Positions 48,291 to 55,874 of a stretch of 64,000 bases of DNA are shown piece after piece. Each line of letters begins with the position of its first letter. Positions within the stretch are counted from its first letter, which is position 1. This stretch comes from Candidatus Bathyarchaeia archaeon (GTDB lineage: Archaea > Thermoproteota > CALKCG01 > B24): the NCBI GenBank assembly GCA_038870975.1, contig JAVZJD010000002.1:5922-69921 (forward strand), given 5' to 3'. The notes under the pieces were generated by a model. That model worked only from the letters and a program-made list of their open reading frames with translations. It made no database searches and was not told where the DNA came from. A program made the translations under genes and the position numbers.

Positions 48291-49526
48291 TTAATGGGTC
48301 TCCTTAACTTTATCCGCAAGCAATCTGCCAATCTCTACAACCCGTTTAAGAATCTCTTCAGTAGGTGGACCGTTCACCTCTAACACATCGACAACCTCAA
48401 CCTTAAACTGTCCAAGCAACTCTTGCATATGTTTCACCGCACTCCCACCCCAGCCGTAAGAGCTTAAGAATACGGCGTACTTTGTCGGTGGACGTAAAAC
48501 CCTCATGAGATATGCAACATAAACAGCCAACGGATGAGCACCGCCTAAAACAGTTGAACCACCTAAAACAACAGCTCTAGAGTCTACAAGGTCTTTAATA
48601 AGGTCTCCAACATCGGTCACCGTTAAATTGTGAAGAACCACTTCAATACCTTCCCCAGCGAGTACCTCAGCCATCTGCTCAGCCATATGCTTAGTACTAT
48701 CCCACATACTCACATAAATTATCGACACCTTTCGCTTAGTTTCACCATTCACCCACTTCCTATAAGCATCTAGAATGACCTCAGGCTTCCTATGAATAGG
48801 TCCGTGGCTCGGAGCTATCACTTTAACGTCTAAGTCCTTCAACTTTTCCAACCCCCTCTGTGCCATGGCTCTAAAAGGCATCATTATCTCACCCCAATAC
48901 TTTTGAGCATGTATGAGTAGATCTTCAACATCATCGCCATAGATTCCCTCAGCTAAGTGAGAGCCGAAGAAATCGCATGAAAAAAGTATTCCATCCTCTT
49001 CAACGTAGGTAAACATCGTTTCGGGCCAGTGAAGCATAGGCGCCTCTATAAAACGTAGAGTTTTCCCACCGAGGCTTAACCTCTCTTGATCGGCAACCAT
49101 CTTCATCCTCTCCTCTGAAACATTGTAAAAAATTCGAGCCATTTTTACCCCTCTACTTGTCGCTACAAGCTTAGCCTTCGTAGCGACCTTCATCAGATAT
49201 GGTATAGCACCCGCATGATCGGGCTCAGCATGATTCATCACAATATATTCTATTTCCCCGGGATCTACTAGACTACGGATCTTTCTTTCAAGCTCTCGCT
49301 CGAAACCTGGGTTCACCGTATCTATTAACGCATTCTTCTCTTCCCCCAGCACAAGATAGGCATTATAAGACGTTCCTCTTGGAAGAGGAATTAAAGCATC
49401 GAAAAGCCTACGGTTCCAGTCTTTTACACCAACCCAGTAGACGTTTCTTGAAATCCTAAAAACGTTCCCCTCAATCGTATAATCATCACCACATACTGTA
49501 GTGGATGAAAACAGGTATTTAAGCAT
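48291..49526 (-). CDS. fprA: flavodiiron protein (FprA-type O2/NO reductase: metallo-beta-lactamase plus flavodoxin domains)
   Basis: Di-iron motif NHAEPDHAG in an MBL fold, and a C-terminal flavodoxin-like KVSIIYVSMWDSTKHMAE. Confidence 0.8.
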   Translation of the reverse strand: MLKYLFSSTTVCGDDYTIEGNVFRISRNVYWVGVKDWNRRLFDALIPLPRGTSYNAYLVLGEEKNALIDTVNPGFERELERKIRSLVDPGEIEYIVMNHAEPDHAGAIPYLMKVATKAKLVATSRGVKMARIFYNVSEERMKMVADQERLSLGGKTLRFIEAPMLHWPETMFTYVEEDGILFSCDFFGSHLAEGIYGDDVEDLLIHAQKYWGEIMMPFRAMAQRGLEKLKDLDVKVIAPSHGPIHRKPEVILDAYRKWVNGETKRKVSIIYVSMWDSTKHMAEQMAEVLAGEGIEVVLHNLTVTDVGDLIKDLVDSRAVVLGGSTVLGGAHPLAVYVAYLMRVLRPPTKYAVFLSSYGWGGSAVKHMQELLGQFKVEVVDVLEVNGPPTEEILKRVVEIGRLLADKVKETH

Positions 49527-49857
49527 GATTTAATACATGTAGATGAAGAGTTAAAGGAAGTAATCATAGATGGATAGGAGATAACATTTTTCCCTAGATT
49601 TTTCTGGTTTTCAAGGCTTTATTCGTCGGTTTAAAGTTTATCGAGAAATTGAAACTACTCCTTGATGGCATCGGAGTTGACGTGCATAATTGGCTAGTGT
49701 CTTTCACCCAGCAGATTTTTTAAAGACTCTGGGGCAAGTAAACATTTGTTTCATCATAGAGGTGAAGTAGAATAAACCTCACCTGTTTTCAGTTGATGAA
49801 AGCATATTTCTGAAGATTATGGGCTTAGCAGTACATTCTCTTTGGGCGTTTGACCAG

Positions 49858-50379
49858 TTAAACGGTAGACCTTTTAATCTTAGGAAGAGTTTCAATAGTA
49901 AACTTGGCGATTTGTTCTTTTGTAAGTCCGTACTCCCCATTCAACTTACTTATTTTACCCTGTTTAAACATAGATGCAAGAGTATTATAGACTGTTTTCA
50001 AGGCTTTATTCGTTGTTTTAGCGAGCTCAGACGGTGTCAAAGACTCTTTACTCAGTTTTCCAAGTCTAAAACCTAAGTAGGCTCCTACTAAGCTCAGCAT
50101 TATAGCGTCTTCAGCGGATAAATCCGTTCTCTTAAGAACTACTCCATTATCTGTTACTTGGAGAAATTCAGAACATTCTCTGATAAGCGTGTCAAAGTTG
50201 GGCTCGAAGACTATTTTCGAAATCGCCTCATAAGACGGGTATACTTTAGAAAGCCATTCAAAGAAAGCCCTTAAAACAACGTCAGACTCGCCTTTGAAAG
50301 TTGCTTCTAAAGAGCCTATTTTAACATTCAACTCTATACTACTCAACAAGTTCACCTTTAAGCCTAGGTGCAACTTCAC
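49858..50379 (-). CDS. two-domain wHTH protein, paralogue 1 of a four-member local family
   Basis: The N-domain IELNVKIGSLEATFKGESDVVLRAFFEWLSKVYP aligns with the other three. The C-terminus is helix-turn-helix-like (LTPSELAKTTNKALKTVYNTLASMFKQGKISK). The likely start is the TTG at 50346, overlapping the upstream stop. Confidence 0.6.
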   Translation of the reverse strand: MKLHLGLKVNLLSSIELNVKIGSLEATFKGESDVVLRAFFEWLSKVYPSYEAISKIVFEPNFDTLIRECSEFLQVTDNGVVLKRTDLSAEDAIMLSLVGAYLGFRLGKLSKESLTPSELAKTTNKALKTVYNTLASMFKQGKISKLNGEYGLTKEQIAKFTIETLPKIKRSTV

Positions 50380-50836
50380 TTATGAAGTACTTCAACCCCT
50401 TCGAAGTAATCCTATATTCGCCTCTTTCCACCTTCTCGACAAGATAACCATTCTGAAGCTCACTAAGTCTAGCGCTGATAGAACTTTTAGATTTACCCAA
50501 TCTTCCAGAGATCTCTTCAAGTGAAAGTGAAGCCTTATCGGATTTGCCGAATAGGTAGGCGAGATATTTAACGATCAAAACTAGTAGACAGCCTTCGAAA
50601 ATAGTCAACTTCTTCATATCGGCTAAAACAGTGGGTTCAGGATGTACTGTAACTAAATCCTTTAAACCCTTGGAGACCTCCTCTAAATCCAAGCTTAGAG
50701 TCAAATTTTTCACAAGGCTGAAAGTCGGATAGACGTCTGATATGAATTTGATAAGACTTCTCAAAACCTGCTCGGCATCCCCTGAAAACTCCAACTCTCC
50801 ACCCTGGAATGAGACTTTAACTTTAACCTCGCTCAT
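50339..50836 (-). CDS. two-domain wHTH protein, paralogue 2
   Basis: N-domain VKVKVSFQGGELEFSGDAEQVLRSLIKFISDVYP and C-terminal winged helix LSLEEISGRLGKSKSSISARLSELQNGYLVEKVERGEYRITSKG. It overlaps the upstream gene by 4 nt. Confidence 0.65.
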   Translation of the reverse strand: MSEVKVKVSFQGGELEFSGDAEQVLRSLIKFISDVYPTFSLVKNLTLSLDLEEVSKGLKDLVTVHPEPTVLADMKKLTIFEGCLLVLIVKYLAYLFGKSDKASLSLEEISGRLGKSKSSISARLSELQNGYLVEKVERGEYRITSKGLKYFISEVAPRLKGELVE

Positions 50837-51381
50837 AACATTCCTCCCCTAATCTTTGGGATAATCATCTTCTCAACCCACATTTGACCTTGAGCTGAAA
50901 GCTTCCACACGACATCCTTCGGGTCAGGCTTGAAAACTCTACCCGATTCAGCCATCTCCTTAAGTCTAGCTGACACGTTTGAAACCTTAAAGCCCGAATT
51001 CTGCAAAAGTAGAGCTATAGTTTTAGGGTCAGACTTCTGCTCTTTAAATGCATAAAGTAGCAAACCTATAGCTTCATACTGGCTTAACTTAGCCTTCTCC
51101 GAAGCCACTATCAAAGGACCGTCAACGCTCCACTCAATCAAACCCTCTAATAGGTTAGATGTCTGTGGAGCCTTTTCAGCAGCCTCGAAATGCTTGAACG
51201 TAGAAGGCTGAAAATCCTCTACAGTCAAACTACTTTTAAGTAACTCCTTAAAACCCATTGAAGAAGCTTCTTCTAAAGCCGTTTTAACAAGGCTGAGCTT
51301 TTCACGGAGTTCTTCAACCGTTGAAAACTCAAACTCTAGAGAGCCAAACCAAGACCGGAAGATCGCTTTTACTCCGCTCAT
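50833..51381 (-). CDS. two-domain wHTH protein, paralogue 3 (first gene of the trio)
   Basis: N-domain FRSWFGSLEFEFSTVEELREKL and C-terminal IALLLQNSGFKVSNVSARLKEMAESGRVFKPDPKDVVWKLSAQG. An AT-rich 224-nt upstream region precedes it. Confidence 0.6.
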   Translation of the reverse strand: MSGVKAIFRSWFGSLEFEFSTVEELREKLSLVKTALEEASSMGFKELLKSSLTVEDFQPSTFKHFEAAEKAPQTSNLLEGLIEWSVDGPLIVASEKAKLSQYEAIGLLLYAFKEQKSDPKTIALLLQNSGFKVSNVSARLKEMAESGRVFKPDPKDVVWKLSAQGQMWVEKMIIPKIRGGML

Positions 51382-51605
51382 ATCTGTAGAAAAGATTAGA
51401 TAAACCAGTATATAAATCTATTCAAAAAATCCTTTAAAATTCCCATATTTAAAAACACTTACATAACCTTTTTACCATAATTTTCACGGATAAAAAAGGC
51501 GTGGTAAAATATTTAGGAATAAACTAGGAAAATTTTATTTAAATTCTACATGGTTTTATCCATAAAACAGTTAATATTTCCTCCATTGAATACTTAAGTG
51601 AAAAC

Positions 51606-52010
51606 TCACAAACTTGGAGGCTTCTTCTGAATATACACGTATTTACCCTTTCTACCGCCTCTATACAGTATATCGCTTCTAACTAAATCAGCTAAAGTAT
51701 GCGCAACAGCAGTCCTATCGTAGTGGAAGCCACGTTTACTGAGCTCTTCATGAACATCGCTGAGCGTCCTCCCAGTACTAAACCATCCGGTCCTCCAAAG
51801 ATTGAGTAGAACACCCCTGCAAGTTGATGGAGTGGGCTCTTTAACAATTTCAAACTCAGGCTTACTAAGCTCTCTATCCAGTAGAGAGACGTTTTGAAAT
51901 GCACTTAGAAATTCTTCAACAGTCTTCTTAAGCTGGTCTTCTCTACACTCAATCTCTGCTTCGACTCCTTGATACTTTAACTTTATCCTGACTTTTCTAT
52001 CGGATTCCAT
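51606..52010 (-). CDS. two-domain wHTH protein, paralogue 4, divergent from nurA
   Basis: N-domain RKVRIKLKYQGVEAEIECREDQLKKTVEEFLSAF and C-terminal RTLSDVHEELSKRGFHYDRTAVAHTLADLVRSDILYRGGRKGKYVY. I prefer the ATG at 52010 over the ORF-track start at 52049, which would cover the TATA element. Confidence 0.6.
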   Translation of the reverse strand: MESDRKVRIKLKYQGVEAEIECREDQLKKTVEEFLSAFQNVSLLDRELSKPEFEIVKEPTPSTCRGVLLNLWRTGWFSTGRTLSDVHEELSKRGFHYDRTAVAHTLADLVRSDILYRGGRKGKYVYIQKKPPSL

Positions 52011-52021
52011 ATTCAACCACT

Positions 52022-52043
52022 TTGTTGATTGAACAATCAACAA
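52022..52043. promoter_or_regulatory. 10+2+10 inverted repeat ttgttgattg-aa-caatcaacaa (operator candidate)
   Basis: Perfect 10-nt arms lie in the 77-bp divergent region, between the TATA-like box and the paralogue-4 start. Confidence 0.5.
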
Positions 52044-52048
52044 CAACA

Positions 52049-52056
52049 CTTATAAG
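52049..52056. promoter_or_regulatory. palindromic TATA-like box cttataag shared by the divergent promoters
   Basis: It lies 32-39 nt upstream of the nurA ATG (52088) and 39-46 nt upstream of the paralogue-4 ATG (52010). That spacing fits archaeal TATA-to-TSS distances with very short leaders. Confidence 0.4.
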
Positions 52057-52087
52057 GGAGTACATCTACATATAGAGTGGTGATTGC

Positions 52088-53236
52088 ATGGATATAAACA
52101 TTTCCCCCTCAACAAATCACTCTAAGGATGACCCTCAAAGTCTCCCATGGCTTAAAGAAATGCCCTACGTAAAACTCTACCAAGAACTCGTCGACACAGG
52201 TACAGAGCTACTTCTCAATAGGCTTAAAACATATAGAAAAGAAGTTTACAAACTGGTAGATGAAGTCAAAAACAGGTTAAAAATATATAAAGCTGTTTAC
52301 GACAAAGATGGACCTGCTTCTTCTAGAATAATCGGAGTAGATGCAGGGAGAAACGGAACAGAGTACAAATTCGCATACATACCCCTATATGGAGCTATTG
52401 CGGTTCTAGTTGAAAACTGGGAGATTGTAGATGAACCACTGTGTGTAACAGGACCACCGGACGTATGGGCTTCAGAATTAGACCCAGATAAGCGTGAAAG
52501 TCTTCTACACATGGCTTTGGAATACCACGTAGCTACTAGAGCCGTAGAAAAGTGGAAACCAGACTATCTTCTACTTGATGGGGGGATAGTACTCAACCCT
52601 AAACTCTACCCAGATTTCCAAGTTTCACCACAGTATGAAGGAGACTTCTACTTCACAGTCATTACTGTCCTCGAACTTTTAAATACCTGTAGGAAACTCC
52701 ACGTTCCAGTTTTAGGCTTCGTTAAGCGTACACATATGAACTTCTACTCTTCATTCATGAGGAACAGTCAGATTAGAGACTCAACACTGATGAACTTCAT
52801 ACTTAAAGAAGGCGAATACTCTGAACCCTTCAAAGTTGAAAACATAGTGGCTGAATCCTACAGAACTGTGGCTGAAAGCCTAAAATACGATAAAAGCCTT
52901 CCAGTCATATACTCAAGTTACATAAAGACGAGTTCAGCCCCGTTCAGAGTGGAGGTTCCAATGTTCTGTTTAAACAAACTCGGAGAATTGATGTCCATCG
53001 TCTACACTATGGCAGGCTTCGACGGTATTCCATATCCTATACATGAAGCAGATAGGCTTTCAAGGATAACTAGACCAACTTCGAACATACACTCTTTAGT
53101 ACTCTACTCTAAAGCCTTAGAACTCGTCGAAAGCGGAGAAATGGAGCTTAAAGACCTAGACCTCCTAATGCTCGAGTATGGTGAAAGCTGGACGTTAAAC
53201 GGCAATCTTGAAGAACTTAGAGGTGGCGACGTTTGA
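52088..53236 (+). CDS. nurA: NurA-family 5'-3' nuclease
   Basis: NurA motif series in order: IIGVDAG, DYLLLDGGI, VLGFVKRTH and PYPIHEADRLSRIT. Confidence 0.7.
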   Translation: MDINISPSTNHSKDDPQSLPWLKEMPYVKLYQELVDTGTELLLNRLKTYRKEVYKLVDEVKNRLKIYKAVYDKDGPASSRIIGVDAGRNGTEYKFAYIPLYGAIAVLVENWEIVDEPLCVTGPPDVWASELDPDKRESLLHMALEYHVATRAVEKWKPDYLLLDGGIVLNPKLYPDFQVSPQYEGDFYFTVITVLELLNTCRKLHVPVLGFVKRTHMNFYSSFMRNSQIRDSTLMNFILKEGEYSEPFKVENIVAESYRTVAESLKYDKSLPVIYSSYIKTSSAPFRVEVPMFCLNKLGELMSIVYTMAGFDGIPYPIHEADRLSRITRPTSNIHSLVLYSKALELVESGEMELKDLDLLMLEYGESWTLNGNLEELRGGDV

Positions 53237-54777
53237 AACAGATAGGCTACATACTGTCAGGTTGCGACCAAAGTAAAATATCTTTCGTAGTCATGGAGGA
53301 TACCAGAGTCTACGTAAACAACTACTACTTCATAAACCATCCTTCAAGCTCAGCGGGAGAATTCAACCCAGTTTTACTGAGAGTCTATAAGATAACACCT
53401 TATAACCCTGAAATGACGATAGGAAGCTTCGGACCTATAGCTGGTAAAAAAGGTGAAAAAGCATACTACGGTAAAAAACTCGAATATCTAGTAGCTTGGG
53501 CTGAAGTCTTAGGTTACATATCTTGGGATGGCAAATGGAGAAGACTCGAATGTAGTCCCAATACTTGGGACTCAATCTACGAACCCACATACGAAGAACT
53601 AGAAGGATTCTTCATAAAACTCTCAAGCAAAAGCTTAACGGACAGAACAGACTTCCCAATAGCCATAGGCAGACACAGGGGTTTAAACATACCATTCCAC
53701 CTAGATTTAAACGCCATAGCCAAAGGACATATTTTTGTCGCTGGAATGACTCGAAGCGGCAAGAGTACTTTTGTCTTAAACCTTATAGCTAGAGCTCTTG
53801 AAAACGATTTAAAGCCTAGATTTATAATATTTGATAGAAGGTGCGAGTATTCCCTCCTGTCAAAATATGGAGCCACAGTACTCCCATACCTCAGCTTCGT
53901 ACCTAAAACCGAGTTGATCTCTCCAAGCCTTATAGTGTCTAGGCTTGGCTTAGATCCGAATAAGGCTGAAGGGAAGCTTCTATGTGAAGCTTTAAACTCC
54001 ATGAGAGCTGACGGCTCCGATTTAACTACTAAAAACGTACTAAGAAGATGCGTAGAACTCTCCCCATACTTGGTTTCAAGAGGCAGGGATTCAATTCTAT
54101 CTAAGATTAGATGGATTCTTGAGAAGCGCGGAGACACAGTATTCACGGAGGAGCATAAGCCTTTAAACATCTTAGAAGTGCTTTACGATAAACCAGCTGT
54201 AATCGTAGACTTCTCAGTCGATGCCAACATTGAAGACCAACAGCTTACCGCTAAATACTTGATACGCGAGGTTGTAAACCACGCTATTAAGTGTAGAGCT
54301 ACTGGAGATTTTGCCACAATATTTGTAATAGAAGAAGCACAGTACTTCGTACCTGAGAGAGGACTTAAAATAGAGGTTGGAAACCCTGAGAAAACAGGAG
54401 TAGATAAACAACTAATAGAAGCAATAAGTCAAGCTGGAGGATACAACGTAGGCTTTATAATAGTTACACAGAGACCTGCTTACATTTCAAAGTCAATAAT
54501 ATCACAGTGTAATACGATAGCGGCCTTCAGGCTTATGGCTGGCAACGACCAAGAAGCAATCATAAAATACTCTGAATACGGAAGTGAAAGAATGAGCGAC
54601 TACCTACCTGGACTGGCGGATCATGAAGCCCTCATATGGGGTATGGCGTCGCCAGTACCATTCCCAGTCACAGTAGAGATAGATGTTAAGGACTATCCGT
54701 CTAAAACAGGAGTGACGGCTAAAGTATCATGGGAGAGGATGAACCTTAAAACATCAAACCTTAAAATCCAACATTGA
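53233..54777 (+). CDS. herA: HerA/FtsK-superfamily hexameric ATPase (DUF87-type)
   Basis: N-terminal barrel-like segment, Walker A FVAGMTRSGKST and Walker B ATIFVIEEAQYFVP. The TTG start overlaps the nurA stop (TTGA). Confidence 0.7.
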   Translation: MKQIGYILSGCDQSKISFVVMEDTRVYVNNYYFINHPSSSAGEFNPVLLRVYKITPYNPEMTIGSFGPIAGKKGEKAYYGKKLEYLVAWAEVLGYISWDGKWRRLECSPNTWDSIYEPTYEELEGFFIKLSSKSLTDRTDFPIAIGRHRGLNIPFHLDLNAIAKGHIFVAGMTRSGKSTFVLNLIARALENDLKPRFIIFDRRCEYSLLSKYGATVLPYLSFVPKTELISPSLIVSRLGLDPNKAEGKLLCEALNSMRADGSDLTTKNVLRRCVELSPYLVSRGRDSILSKIRWILEKRGDTVFTEEHKPLNILEVLYDKPAVIVDFSVDANIEDQQLTAKYLIREVVNHAIKCRATGDFATIFVIEEAQYFVPERGLKIEVGNPEKTGVDKQLIEAISQAGGYNVGFIIVTQRPAYISKSIISQCNTIAAFRLMAGNDQEAIIKYSEYGSERMSDYLPGLADHEALIWGMASPVPFPVTVEIDVKDYPSKTGVTAKVSWERMNLKTSNLKIQH

Positions 54778-55026
54778 TATTTACCTAGAACTACTTTTGT
54801 TGCAGTACCATTAAGAGAGCTAAACTAAGCTTCATCATAATACAGAGAAAGTAAATTAGAATTCCACAGTTTGACGTAAGATTCTTAGAGTTCTACAAGT
54901 AAAGTCTTTATATTTTCCATTCAAAAGAAAATTCACCTGAGGAAGCTTGAAGAGGCCCGAAAAGAGATGGTGGAAGATTCAGGCATAAGCCTCGAAGACC
55001 TCATTGAAGAGATAGGCTGACAATAA

Positions 55027-55277
55027 ATGTTTCAAGTAATCGTATCTCAAAGAGCCAGAAACTCCCTGAGCACTACAAAAGAAGGATTATTGAGCTACTC
55101 TTAATTTTTCGTGAAAATCCGGTTCCAGCCGAATATTATGACGTAAAAAAGCTTAAAGGATGCGCAGATATTTATAGAGTTAGAATCGGCGATATTCGAG
55201 TGATCTACGAAATATTATGGGACCTTAATATGGTTCATGTATTACTAGTTGAATGGAGAGAAAGAGCCTACCCTTAA
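55027..55277 (+). pseudogene. frameshifted RelE/ParE-type toxin gene, with a truncated antitoxin remnant upstream (~54889-55020)
   Basis: ATG 55027 gives MFQVIVSQRAR... and then stops. The other frame continues LPEHYKRRIIELLLIFRENPVPAEYYDVKKLKGCADIYRVRIGDIRVIYEI...LLVEWRERAYP*, a classic RelE/ParE pattern. The upstream ORF (...RKLEEARKEMVEDSGISLEDLIEEIG*) lacks a start codon. Confidence 0.55.
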
Positions 55278-55874
55278 ACAAAAAGGAGGGGTTTGCGGGA
55301 GATATCACCAAGTAGTCGTTGGTTCAAATGCATCTGAAAATCGCTTCTATGCTATTAGATTTTGGTATTCCAGTTACAAACATTAATAACCAGACGCTTG
55401 ACGTATCTGGTAGAATCATGGTTTACGATAACAAGATAAAGGGTAATGGACTTAGGGTTTATGAGTTTATGCGGATACTATTCTCTAACGAATCATGGAT
55501 ATAGATAGGAGTCCGTAGATGGCGCTAAAACAACTATGAATGATGGCAGAGGCAGGTTCACGGAGCTGAAATACTACTACGGCGGATCATGGTCGAGTTG
55601 GAACGCTATAAAGTTTACAAATGGAAGTGGAAAAGCAGGTATGGAGTATCCACCGGACCCACCATACCGTGCTAAAGCCTTAGATACTAATGGGCTTATA
55701 ACGTGGGGAGGCTACGATGCAGACCCCTGAGAAAGCTGGCTACTAGCTACGGATAAGTAGCGCTTATGGTCTAGATGCTCAACACTTGCAAATAGCATTT
55801 TTCTCTGTTAGTATGGTAGAAAGGAATTTAAAAAAGTTAATAGGCACTCTACAAGCAGTGCCTACTCCAATAAA

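Noticed and set aside
51382-51605. A 224-nt very AT-rich gap with distant inverted ggataaaa/ttttatcc elements, considered as a possible replication origin or element end.
   Set aside because: There are no repeated ORB-like boxes and no adjacent cdc6/orc1 or integrase gene. It is most simply the promoter/5' region of the three-gene wHTH operon plus the 3' flank of paralogue 4.
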